Source of the DNA: an uncultured Fidelibacterota bacterium
Lineage (GTDB): Bacteria; Fidelibacterota; Marinisomatia; Marinisomatales; UBA1611
NCBI GenBank assembly: GCA_913040915.1
Contig: CAJWHW010000002.1
Span: 43,227 to 107,226, forward strand
Direction of reading: 5' to 3'
DNA length: 64,000 nt
A program made the position numbers and the translations under genes. Under the pieces are notes generated by a model. The model was given only the letters and a program-made list of their open reading frames with translations. It was not told where the DNA came from and searched no databases. The stretch's first letter is position 1; each line of letters opens with the position of its first letter. This document shows, piece after piece, positions 42,346 through 52,206 of this stretch.

Positions 42346-44211
42346 ATGATACGATTAGAAAGTCTTTCTAAATCTTATCCGGAAGGTAATTTATTCTCAA
42401 ATGTAAATATTTTTATAAAAAAAGGCATGCGGACAGGTCTTGTGGGCCCAAACGGATCAGGTAAGACTACTTTACTTCGATTAATGCTTGAAAAAGAATC
42501 CCCTGACTCTGGAATTGTTCAAAAAGATAAATCTATTACTATCGGTTATCTGGCACAGGATATTGTAACTGGAACAAATCTCTCTATTTTGGAAGAAGTC
42601 TTAAGAGCTTTCCCTGAAATGCAGGAGATTGAAGTAAAAATGCTGACATTATCTAATGCACTAACAAATGATCCTGACAATATAGAATTAGTAAATCAAC
42701 TTGGGGAAACCCAGAATCGATTTGAAGCTTTAGGTGGTTGGAAAATTGAAGAAAGAGCAAAAAAAATTCTAAGTGGTTTAGGATTCTCAGATAACAAATT
42801 CAATGAACCCATGGATGTTTTTTCCGGTGGATGGCGGATGCGTGTAGCTTTAGCATCCATTCTATTAAAAGAACCGGACATTTTATTTTTGGATGAGCCG
42901 ACCAATCACTTAGATCTTGAAGCCACCATTTGGCTGGAATCTTTTTTATCGGATTGGAAGGGTGCCATGGTTATGATCAGTCACGACCGTGCCTTTTTGG
43001 ATCGATCGGTTAATCACATCCTTGAAATTGATTTGAAAAAAATCACTCTTTATCAGGGGAATTATTCAAAGTATAAAAAAGAGAAATCTTTACGGATGGA
43101 GCAGCATCTAAATGCCTACCAAAATCAACAAAAACAGATCAAGGCCACAGAACGATTCATTGAACGCTTTCGATATAAAAATACGAAGGCTACCCAAGTA
43201 CAGAGCAGGGTAAAGATGCTTGAAAAAATGGAAAAGATTGAGGAGCCTACCGAATATAATCGAACCATCAATCTAATGTTGCCTCAACCAAGTCGTTCTC
43301 CGTTAAATTTGGTATCTTGCCAAAATGTGACCAAGCATTATGGTGATATAGAAGTATTCAATAAGATGTTTTTGGCGATAGAACGGAATCAAAAAATTGG
43401 ATTAGTTGGATATAATGGTGCTGGTAAATCCACTTTACTCAAAATATTAGCAGGCATAGAACCAGTCACATCAGGTGAAGTTACGATTAGTAGTCATGTG
43501 GATCGTGCCTATTATGCCCAGCATCAATTGGAAACACTAGATCCAGATGATACGGTATTTGAATCTATCCAAAAAGTTAGTTCCGGTTGGAGCGAAACAG
43601 AAATTAGAACTTATTTGGGCAGTTTCATGTTCACAGGAGATGAGATTGAAAAATATGTTAAAGTTTTATCAGGGGGAGAAAAAGCTAGGATAGCCATGGC
43701 ACGTATTTTGGTAAAGCCATCACATTTATTGTTATTAGATGAGCCAACCAATCATTTGGATATCATGACACGTAATATAGTAGAAACAGCCTTGAAGCAA
43801 TTCACTGGTTCTATTGTATGTATTTCTCACGACCGCCATTTTCTGAACGAAGTGACTGATCTTACCTGTGAAATAGGGGGCGGTAAAATTAGGGTTTTTA
43901 ATGGAAATTATGATTATTATACATGGAAAAAAGACTCAGAATCATCAGACAAATCTAAATTAATAAAACAGAAAACATTTAGAAAGGGTAAGGAAAATTA
44001 TCAGGAGCGAAAGAAAACCCGCAATAGACTTGCATGGATTGAAAAAAGGTTTAAGATTATTGAATTAGAAATAGAATCGCAACGAGAGATCACCCGGAAT
44101 TCTGCAAATGGAGATAATTATGAATTGCTTCAAAAGGCTTTGGAAAAAATGAATAAATTGGAATTGGAGTATTTAGATTTAATGGAAGAACAGGAAAAGT
44201 TATTAGAGTAG
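42346..44211 (+). CDS. ABC-F family ATPase
   Basis: Two ABC domains (GPNGSGKT, FSGGWRMR, LDEPTNHLD; GYNGAGKS, LSGGEKAR) and no transmembrane segments. Confidence 0.93.
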   Translation: MIRLESLSKSYPEGNLFSNVNIFIKKGMRTGLVGPNGSGKTTLLRLMLEKESPDSGIVQKDKSITIGYLAQDIVTGTNLSILEEVLRAFPEMQEIEVKMLTLSNALTNDPDNIELVNQLGETQNRFEALGGWKIEERAKKILSGLGFSDNKFNEPMDVFSGGWRMRVALASILLKEPDILFLDEPTNHLDLEATIWLESFLSDWKGAMVMISHDRAFLDRSVNHILEIDLKKITLYQGNYSKYKKEKSLRMEQHLNAYQNQQKQIKATERFIERFRYKNTKATQVQSRVKMLEKMEKIEEPTEYNRTINLMLPQPSRSPLNLVSCQNVTKHYGDIEVFNKMFLAIERNQKIGLVGYNGAGKSTLLKILAGIEPVTSGEVTISSHVDRAYYAQHQLETLDPDDTVFESIQKVSSGWSETEIRTYLGSFMFTGDEIEKYVKVLSGGEKARIAMARILVKPSHLLLLDEPTNHLDIMTRNIVETALKQFTGSIVCISHDRHFLNEVTDLTCEIGGGKIRVFNGNYDYYTWKKDSESSDKSKLIKQKTFRKGKENYQERKKTRNRLAWIEKRFKIIELEIESQREITRNSANGDNYELLQKALEKMNKLELEYLDLMEEQEKLLE

Positions 44212-44234
44212 AAGTAAAACTTTAATTATTTCAA

Positions 44235-45017
44235 TTATTTTATTACAATTTTTTGAAGAATCCCATCCCAAAGATTAATCCGAGCCTGCATTGCTGTGCG
44301 AGCTGCTTCTGTTGCTTCATTCCATTTTTGTTGATCATCTCCGCATAATTCTTTCACCATTTTCAGAGCTGCTGGTGTATGCTCATCTTCATCCAGTCCA
44401 ATATGTCGATCTAGATAATAAATAAATGATTTTAGTCTACCTTTTAAATCTTTATCTATTTTGTTCACTATTGATCTGAACATATCAGGGATAACTTCTT
44501 CTCTTCCAAAAGTAAAAATGGCAGCTACCACGTGGGCAGGAGCCTTGTCCAGAATATTAAACGTTGAAATTACAAATTCCTTTGCCGGTTCAGGACTCTG
44601 GGCCATATCCAATGCTTTAGTAACAGAGTAATGCTCTAAATTAGAGATAAATATATTGATTATATCTGTATTCGCTCCGGCTTGCTGCATCGCATGACAA
44701 TACATTTCAAAATGGCTAATATACTGTCCGTAGCGATCTAAGTCTGATTCTTCTTCCGTGACTATTTCATTTACTAGACGAGATGGAGTCCCTTTTCCAG
44801 CTGGTATCCAAGGTACGTTAATACAGGTTAGCTGAGATTGTAGTGATTTTAAAATAGACATGAAATCCCATACAGCAAATACATGGTTTTCCATAAATAC
44901 ATGGAGCTCATCTAATGTTTTTATTTTGCTGTAAATGAGATGGTTTTGAAGTTGATCGCGCTCTTTTTGAGTTTCATCTAAAATATTTAGAATATCATTT
45001 TTTAGAAACCAAAACAC
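44235..45017 (-). CDS. DUF3050 family protein (heme-oxygenase-like fold)
   Basis: FMENHVFAVWDFMS..K.LQ, EESD, SHFEMY, FGREEVIP, YYLDRHI..DED.H recalled from DUF3050. Confidence 0.8.
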   Translation of the reverse strand: MFWFLKNDILNILDETQKERDQLQNHLIYSKIKTLDELHVFMENHVFAVWDFMSILKSLQSQLTCINVPWIPAGKGTPSRLVNEIVTEEESDLDRYGQYISHFEMYCHAMQQAGANTDIINIFISNLEHYSVTKALDMAQSPEPAKEFVISTFNILDKAPAHVVAAIFTFGREEVIPDMFRSIVNKIDKDLKGRLKSFIYYLDRHIGLDEDEHTPAALKMVKELCGDDQQKWNEATEAARTAMQARINLWDGILQKIVIK

Positions 45018-45032
45018 AAGAAATAGATAAAA

Positions 45033-47849
45033 TTAATCTTCAAAATTTTCGATCTGCGGACAAGTACAGATCAAATTACGATCACCATATGCATTATCCA
45101 CACGACCAACAGTTGGCCAATATTTATGTTTTTTTAGCCAAGGTATAGGATAAGCTGCTTCTTCACGTGAGTAATTATGATCCCATTTTTCTGTAATAAT
45201 TCTTTCTGCAGTGTGGGGTGCATTCTTTAGAGGATTATCAATTTTATCATATTTACAATCGATTACATTTTGGATTTCATTTTTAATAGAAATCATAGCA
45301 TCACAAAATCGGTCTAATTCTTCTCTAGCTTCACTTTCAGTTGGCTCAATCATGAGAGTTCCAGGAACAGGAAAGGACATGGTTGGTGCATGAAACCCAT
45401 AATCCATAAGACGTTTTGCTATATCTTCATCAGAAATACCGGATTTTTTCCGAATATCTCTCAAGTCAATTATGAACTCATGGGCATTGTAACCACTAAT
45501 CCCCTTATAAAGAATAGGAAAATGATTTTCTAATTTCATTGCCATATAATTTGCGTTTAAAATAGCTACTTGTGTTGCCTGTTTTAGGCCATCTGGCCCC
45601 ATCATTCTTATATATGACCAAGAAATAGGTAGGATGCTAGTGCTGCCAAATGGAGCTGCTGATACTGCATGAATAGCTTTCTCCCCTCCCGTTTTAATTT
45701 GGGAATGTCCCGGTAAAAATGGAGTTAAGTGATTTTTACAAACGATTGGACCCATCCCAGGTCCACCACCACCATGAGGAATGCAAAAAGTTTTATGGAG
45801 ATTAATATGCATCACATCTCCGCCAAATTTACCGGGTTTACACAAACCCACCATCGCATTCAAATTAGCACCATCCAAATACACTTGCCCACCATGAGAA
45901 TGAATAATATCACATATTTCGTGGATTGTATGTTCAAAAACACCATGAGTAGAAGGATAGGTTATCATAACTGCCGCCAAATTTTCACTATGCTTCTGAG
46001 CTTTGCTTTCCAAATCATCTTTGGCAATATTGCCGTGTTTATCACAAGCGACTACAATCACTTTCATTCCAGCTAGTACAGCTGATGCAGGATTAGTCCC
46101 ATGGGCAGACGCAGGGATTAAACAAATATTCCGGTGGTGATCACTATTCGCCTGGTGAAAGGCGCGAATAACTAATAATCCTGAATATTCGCCCTGTGCT
46201 CCTGAATTTGGTTGCATTGAAATGCCGTCAAACCCTGTTAATTTGATTAACCAGTCCCCCAACTTAGATACGATTTCTTCGTAGCCTTTAGTTTGTTCTC
46301 TTGGTGCAAAGGGATGAATGTTCCCAAATTCAGGCCAACTCACTGCTTCCATTTCAGTACTGGCATTAAGTTTCATGGTACAGGACCCCAACGGAATCAT
46401 ACTTGTATTTAGTGATAAATCTTTTAATTCCAAGCGATGGATATAACGCATCATCTTTGTTTCAGATTGATATGCCTGGAAAACTGGATGGGTCAAAAAG
46501 GATGAAGACCTTAATAATTCTTTTGGTATAGTGGGAGTAAATATTTCTTTTTTTTGGGCGTTAAATATAGATAGCAATTGATCTAAGTTAGTTTCTGTTG
46601 TGGTTTCATCAATGGAGATACCAACATGCCCATCTCCATAATCTCTTAAATTAAATTTTAATAATTTCGCTTTCTCTAACCAGCCCTTCTCCACTTTTAA
46701 CTTTACCGTATCAAAAAAATTGTCATGAATACATTCAATACCAGCTTGCGCCATCGAACTTGCAAGTTTTCCTGTCAAATGGTTCACCCGTTTAGCAATC
46801 AATTTCAGTCCATCATGCCCATGATATACCGCATACATTCCAGACATTATTGCCAGCAAAACCTGTGCTGTACATATGTTAGATGTAGCTTTTTCCCGTC
46901 TTATATGTTGTTCTCGGGTTTGGAGCGCCATACGAAGCGCCGGATTGCCTTGTGCATCTTTAGATAAACCAATTATTCTGCCGGGAATTTTTCGTTTGAA
47001 TTCATCTGTAGTTGCAAAAAAAGCAGCATGTGGTCCACCATAGCCCATTGGTACGCCGAACCGCTGGGAATTGCCAACCGCTGCATCAGCACCCATTTCA
47101 CCTGGTGTTTTGAGTAAGGTCAATGCTAGCAAATCAGTTGCTACGCAAATAAAAGATTGGTTTGAGTGAGCTAATCCACACAAACTTGAAAAATCCCTTA
47201 TATGACCTTCGGTATCTGGATATTGAACTAAGCCACCAAAGACTTTTTCATGAAAATCAAATTGGTCATGGTTTTTGATATCAAGTTTAATTCCTAAAGG
47301 GCCGGATCGTGTTTTTAAAATGTCAATTGTTTGGGGATGACAACTTTCAGATACAATAAATGTATTTTTATTTGGATCTCGAGTTATATTATAGAACATA
47401 ATCATTGCTTCCGCAGCTGCGGTGCCTTCATCTAAAAGTGAAGCGTTTGCAAGCGAAAGCCCGGTTAAATCTGAGACCATAGTTTGAAAATTTAATAATG
47501 CCTCAAGTCGCCCTTGACTAATCTCAGGTTGGTAAGGTGTATATTGCGTATACCAACCCGGATTTTCCAAAATATTGCGTTTAATAACACTCGGAACAAA
47601 AGTACCATAGTATCCCATCCCAATAAAAGATCGAAATACCGAATTTGACTTTGCTAATTTCTGAAGATATTTTATTGTATCAGCTTCAGATATTTTTTGG
47701 GGTAAATCCAATTCAGACTGTATTAAAATATTCTTAGGGACTACAGCTTCGGATAATTCGCTAAGAGAAGAAAACCCTAATTCTCTTAACATCTCCTTTA
47801 TGTGAGATGTTTTGGAGCCTATGTGACGAGTAACGAAAGAACTAAACAT
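45033..47849 (-). CDS. gcvP: Glycine dehydrogenase (decarboxylating), single-chain P protein
   Basis: [57 protein letters not shown]. Confidence 0.96.
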   Translation of the reverse strand: MFSSFVTRHIGSKTSHIKEMLRELGFSSLSELSEAVVPKNILIQSELDLPQKISEADTIKYLQKLAKSNSVFRSFIGMGYYGTFVPSVIKRNILENPGWYTQYTPYQPEISQGRLEALLNFQTMVSDLTGLSLANASLLDEGTAAAEAMIMFYNITRDPNKNTFIVSESCHPQTIDILKTRSGPLGIKLDIKNHDQFDFHEKVFGGLVQYPDTEGHIRDFSSLCGLAHSNQSFICVATDLLALTLLKTPGEMGADAAVGNSQRFGVPMGYGGPHAAFFATTDEFKRKIPGRIIGLSKDAQGNPALRMALQTREQHIRREKATSNICTAQVLLAIMSGMYAVYHGHDGLKLIAKRVNHLTGKLASSMAQAGIECIHDNFFDTVKLKVEKGWLEKAKLLKFNLRDYGDGHVGISIDETTTETNLDQLLSIFNAQKKEIFTPTIPKELLRSSSFLTHPVFQAYQSETKMMRYIHRLELKDLSLNTSMIPLGSCTMKLNASTEMEAVSWPEFGNIHPFAPREQTKGYEEIVSKLGDWLIKLTGFDGISMQPNSGAQGEYSGLLVIRAFHQANSDHHRNICLIPASAHGTNPASAVLAGMKVIVVACDKHGNIAKDDLESKAQKHSENLAAVMITYPSTHGVFEHTIHEICDIIHSHGGQVYLDGANLNAMVGLCKPGKFGGDVMHINLHKTFCIPHGGGGPGMGPIVCKNHLTPFLPGHSQIKTGGEKAIHAVSAAPFGSTSILPISWSYIRMMGPDGLKQATQVAILNANYMAMKLENHFPILYKGISGYNAHEFIIDLRDIRKKSGISDEDIAKRLMDYGFHAPTMSFPVPGTLMIEPTESEAREELDRFCDAMISIKNEIQNVIDCKYDKIDNPLKNAPHTAERIITEKWDHNYSREEAAYPIPWLKKHKYWPTVGRVDNAYGDRNLICTCPQIENFED

Positions 47850-48128
47850 TAAAAAGATAAATTTTTGTTTAAAATAATACCACGAGATTAAAAAGAAACC
47901 TGATCAGAGTCTAATCTGTTTTTTAGAAGCAATGGTTGCAATATTCCTTTTTTAAACCAAACTTTTATCGGAAAATCTAAGATTTATTAATTATTTTTAT
48001 TAAATAAAATAAATAAATTGAAGTTCTGAAAATGAATAGAATAGTTAAAATAGAATACATGGGGTCATTTCCTTCAAAGATTTGTAATTACTCTAAAAGG
48101 GAAACCGGATTAAAATATAATAAGATAT

Positions 48129-48158
48129 AAAATGCACCTTGGTGGTGCATTTTTTTTT
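48129..48158 (+). terminator. Intrinsic terminator-like hairpin directly upstream of the zinc-ribbon gene
   Basis: AAAATGCACC-TTGGT-GGTGCATTTT followed by further Ts. Confidence 0.7.
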
Positions 48159-48172
48159 ACAATGAGGTGAAT

Positions 48173-48883
48173 ATGTCTATGGAAAAACTTATTACTTTAC
48201 AAGGTATTGATACCAAATTGAAAGATCTTAATGATCTATTGGGCGACCTACCTTCAAAAGTAAATGAATTAAATAATCAAGAAAAATTAATGAAAACTAC
48301 ATTGGTTGAAAAGAAAGAACGCCTAAAAGAGTTAGAAGTTGAATCTAATAAAAGGGATGTCTTAATTGCAGAAATCAATAATAAAGTCAATAAATTAAAG
48401 GACCAACTATTCCTGGTAACTAGTAATAAACAATACGATGCTATTATGCATGAGATTGATCATGTAAAAGAAAAACGCACATCTTATGAATCAGAAGCTC
48501 TATCTTTCATGGAAGAAAAAGATTCATTGAATGAAGCCACTGAATCAATGGAATCAGAACTAGGATCTTTATCGGAAAATTTAGTTATTCGTAGAGAAAA
48601 ATTAGAATCCGCCATTTCTGAATCGGCAGATGAAAAATTAGTTTTGGAACAAAAAAGGTCTCAACAAATTGATAAAATTGATGTAAATATAATTTCGATT
48701 TATAAACGTGTTTCGGAAGCACGTGATGGTCTTGCTGTGGTGAATTTATCAGGTAATGCTTGTGGTGGCTGTGGAGCTCATGTTCCAATGCAAAAAGTAA
48801 CAGAAGTTCGGGCAAATTCTGCAATACACCGATGTGATGTTTGCGGAAGATTTCTCTTTAGTGAAAATAATTCTGTAAATTAA
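48173..48883 (+). CDS. Coiled-coil protein with a C4-type zinc ribbon (DUF164 / CT398-like)
   Basis: Long coiled coil followed by CGGC...CDVCGRFL. GAGGTG RBS; ATG at 48173 or 48179. Confidence 0.88.
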   Translation: MSMEKLITLQGIDTKLKDLNDLLGDLPSKVNELNNQEKLMKTTLVEKKERLKELEVESNKRDVLIAEINNKVNKLKDQLFLVTSNKQYDAIMHEIDHVKEKRTSYESEALSFMEEKDSLNEATESMESELGSLSENLVIRREKLESAISESADEKLVLEQKRSQQIDKIDVNIISIYKRVSEARDGLAVVNLSGNACGGCGAHVPMQKVTEVRANSAIHRCDVCGRFLFSENNSVN

Positions 48884-48900
48884 GTCACTTATTTTAAATT

Positions 48901-49280
48901 GAGTCGGTTGGATGGTTACTCCTGGCTTACATTAGTAATCTGGGAGAGGAAAGTCCGGGCACTGCAGGACAGGATGCTTCTTAATGAGAAGAGGTGTGCT
49001 GATGTACATTATGGAAAGTGCAACAGAAAGTAAACCGTCTGCCAACTGGCGGATAAGGGTGAAAAGGTGGTGTAAGAGACCACCAGATTTTGAGGAAACT
49101 CAGAATGCTTGTAAACCCCATCCAGTGCAAGATCATATAGGCTCTAAGATGTTGTTCGCATCGATTTAAGAGCGGGTAGATTGCTAGATCTTATTGGCGA
49201 CAATTAGACTAGATGAATGACCATCCAATCAGGTTTGATACGTCAACCTGATGGACAAAACTCGGCTTATAGACCGGCTC
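48901..49280 (+). ncRNA. rnpB: RNase P RNA (bacterial type A)
   Basis: GAGGAAAGTCCGGGC, GAAAGTGCAACAGAA, GGGTGAAAAGGTGGTGTAAGAGACCACCAG, ACAAAACTCGGCTTA; terminal P1 GAGTCGGT/ACCGGCTC. Confidence 0.96.
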
Positions 49281-49291
49281 AATTTTTTTAT

Positions 49292-51001
49292 ATGAAGTGG
49301 AAATTTCCCCAAAAAGATAAGTTATTAGTTCAGCAAATTATTGAACAGTACAATGTCCCAAAAGTATTTGCGGAAATAATGGTATCAAGAGGCTTTAAAG
49401 AGTCAGATAAAATATCACCTTTTTTTACTCCGGACATTTTGCAGCTACATAATCCATTCTTGATGAAAGGGATGGAAAAGGCAGTTGATCGTGTTATTAA
49501 AAATATTTTTGAAAAAAAACCAATTTTTGTTTTTGGGGATTACGATGTTGATGGAACAACAGGAGTATCTCTTCTTTATATCGGTTTAACCAAACTAGGT
49601 GGGAATGTCACAACCTATATTCCAAACCGACAAAGTGAAGGCTATGACTTATCCCAATTTGGTATAGACAAAGCATCAACAATTGGTGCTGATTTATTAA
49701 TTACTTGTGACTGCGGAATCAATGCTATAAACTGTGTTAATTATGCCAATGAAAAAGGAATCGATATCGTCATCACTGATCATCATATTCCAGGGAATAT
49801 TTTGCCTAATGCCTTTGCTATTTTAAATCCAAAACAATCTGAGTGTGAATACCCTTTCAAAGAGCTCTCTGGAGTGGGTGTTGCTCTTAAATTTTTAACA
49901 GCTATTGTTAAGAAAATGAAAAAATCATCTGATTGGTTAATAGGTCTTATGGATCTAGCTGCATTGGGAACTGCTGCAGATCTAGTACAATTAAAAGATG
50001 AAAATAGGATAATAGTCCATTATGGATTAAAAACACTTAAAACCACTCAACGTCCGGGATTAAGAGAATTATTAAAGTCAGCTAAAATAGATTTAGAGAG
50101 AGACCTTTCTGTCACAAAAATTATTTTTCATGTAGCACCTAAAATCAATGCTGCTGGGCGACTGGGGAATGCAAACAGAGCTGTGGAATTATTTACAACA
50201 ACTAATTCACATAAAGCTAGAGAATTAGTAATTGATTTGGATAAAGAAAATAAAAAGCGTCAAATTATTCAACAAAATATTTTTGATGAAGCAATTCGAA
50301 TGGTAAAGAGAAAAATAGACTTAGAAAATGATAAGGCAATTATACTTGGAGAAAAAGGATGGCATTATGGTGTAGTTGGGATTGTGGCATCCAAGTTGAA
50401 GGAAAAATTCAATCGACCAGCCATAGTTATCTCTTTTGATGAGGAAGGAAAAGGAATAGGATCTGCAAGGAGTTTGAAAGGATTAGATTTGCATGAAGCA
50501 TTAAGTGAAACAAGTAATTATCTTGAAAACTACGGTGGCCATGCAATGGCAGCAGGGCTCAAAATAGATAGATCCAATTTTACTAACTTCAAAAAAAAGT
50601 TTTTAGAATATGTCAATTCAAAATTGAATCAGGATGATTTAGAACCACCCATCTTTTTGGATGCAAAATTAGGACTAATTCATATCAATCAACGCCTAAT
50701 AAAATTCATGAAAAGGTTAGGACCTTATGGCCCCGGAAATATGCCGCCTAAATTTGCTATTATTAACGCAAATGTTGTAGGTAACCCTAAGGTAATTAGT
50801 AATGGAGATCATGTTCGATTTCAAATTAAACAGGACCATTCTGTTATTGAAGTTATAGGGTTTGGTCTTGCCAAAAATTATGAAATGTTAATCCTTGGTG
50901 AGCCTATTGACATTGCGTGTGTTATTGAAACCAATGTTTGGAAAGGAAAAGAAACTATACAATTGAATGCTATAGATATTAGATTATCTGAAAGTGTCTG
51001 A
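49292..51001 (+). CDS. recJ: Single-stranded-DNA-specific exonuclease RecJ
   Basis: GDYDVDG, TCDCG, TDHH, APKINAAGR, GGHAMAAG. Start moved to 49292, outside rnpB. Confidence 0.95.
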   Translation: MKWKFPQKDKLLVQQIIEQYNVPKVFAEIMVSRGFKESDKISPFFTPDILQLHNPFLMKGMEKAVDRVIKNIFEKKPIFVFGDYDVDGTTGVSLLYIGLTKLGGNVTTYIPNRQSEGYDLSQFGIDKASTIGADLLITCDCGINAINCVNYANEKGIDIVITDHHIPGNILPNAFAILNPKQSECEYPFKELSGVGVALKFLTAIVKKMKKSSDWLIGLMDLAALGTAADLVQLKDENRIIVHYGLKTLKTTQRPGLRELLKSAKIDLERDLSVTKIIFHVAPKINAAGRLGNANRAVELFTTTNSHKARELVIDLDKENKKRQIIQQNIFDEAIRMVKRKIDLENDKAIILGEKGWHYGVVGIVASKLKEKFNRPAIVISFDEEGKGIGSARSLKGLDLHEALSETSNYLENYGGHAMAAGLKIDRSNFTNFKKKFLEYVNSKLNQDDLEPPIFLDAKLGLIHINQRLIKFMKRLGPYGPGNMPPKFAIINANVVGNPKVISNGDHVRFQIKQDHSVIEVIGFGLAKNYEMLILGEPIDIACVIETNVWKGKETIQLNAIDIRLSESV

Positions 51002-51051
51002 CTGCTGTTGTAAATTCAGGCTCTTTCCTTCAAAACAAGACTATAATTTTA

Positions 51052-52206
51052 ATGGATAGTTTATTTTTTAACGATGACCATTTAATGATTCGTGATATGG
51101 TGCGAGATTTCGCTGAATCAGAGATTATGCCAGTTGCGCCAAAATTAGATGAAAAGGAAAAGTTTCCATCAGATCTTGTAGAGAAAATGGCCGAACTTGG
51201 ATTAATGGGAATCATTATTCCTGAAGAGTATGGTGGAGCAGGACAGGATATGGTTGCATTTGTAACTGCAATTATTGAATTGGGTCGTGCTGATGCGTCT
51301 GTTGCAATTACAATGGCTGCTCATACTTCTTTGGGCACATTGCCTGTTCTATTATATGGAAATGATGAACAAAAGAATACATATTTACCTAAACTTGCTT
51401 CTGGGGAAACATTAGGTGCCTTTGGCTTAACAGAGCCAGATGCCGGTAGTGATGCCGGTGCAACTAAAACAAAAGCTGTAAAAGATGGTGATGAATATAT
51501 TGTGAACGGTGGTAAGATTTTTATTACAAATGCTGGTGAGGCTGGAATATTATCTTTCACATCACAAGTTGAAGAAAATGGAGAAAATCTTGGCATCGCT
51601 TCATTTATTATTCCAACTACCACACTAGGTCTTGAAATTGGTCCAAAAGAAAAAAAAATGGGTTGGAGGGCTAGTGATACACGGCAACTCTTTTTTAAAG
51701 ATATGCGAATCCCTACATCATCAATGCTGGGCTCACCAACTCAAGGATTTAAAACATTTCTAAAAACCCTTACATCAGGGCGAGTCTCAATTGGTGCATT
51801 ATCTGTCGGGACAGCCGTTGGTGCATATGAACGAGCTCTAAATTATTCCAATCAACGCAATGCATTTGGTAAACCAATTAACAGGTTTCAATCTATTGGG
51901 TTTAAATTAGCAGATATGGCTACAAAGATTGAGGCATCTAAATTGTTAGTTTATCATGCAGCATGGCTTAAAGACCAAGGACATTATATCACGAAGGAAG
52001 CTGCAATGGCGAAACTGTTTGCCAGTGAAACAGCCATGGAAGTGACCACTGAAGCAATTCAAATCCATGGAGGGTATGGGTACGTAAAGGAATATGATGT
52101 GGAACGGTTTTTTCGTGATGCCAAAATTTTAGAGATAGGCGAAGGAACGTCTGAAATTCAACGCCTAATAATTTCGAGAGAATTACTAAAGGGCATTCAG
52201 ATATAG
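51052..52206 (+). CDS. Acyl-CoA dehydrogenase
   Basis: FGLTEPDAGSDA, NGGKIFITN, QIHGGYGY, EIGEGTSEIQR. Confidence 0.93.
   Translation: MDSLFFNDDHLMIRDMVRDFAESEIMPVAPKLDEKEKFPSDLVEKMAELGLMGIIIPEEYGGAGQDMVAFVTAIIELGRADASVAITMAAHTSLGTLPVLLYGNDEQKNTYLPKLASGETLGAFGLTEPDAGSDAGATKTKAVKDGDEYIVNGGKIFITNAGEAGILSFTSQVEENGENLGIASFIIPTTTLGLEIGPKEKKMGWRASDTRQLFFKDMRIPTSSMLGSPTQGFKTFLKTLTSGRVSIGALSVGTAVGAYERALNYSNQRNAFGKPINRFQSIGFKLADMATKIEASKLLVYHAAWLKDQGHYITKEAAMAKLFASETAMEVTTEAIQIHGGYGYVKEYDVERFFRDAKILEIGEGTSEIQRLIISRELLKGIQI

Noticed and set aside
47850..48030. Possible glycine riboswitch upstream of gcvP
   Set aside because: Only a loose CTCTGATCAGG resemblance; the GGAGA, CCGAAG and CTCTCAGG core elements are absent.
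48984..49169. 61-aa ORF, and the 5' extension of recJ from 49217
   Set aside because: Both lie inside the RNase P RNA gene.
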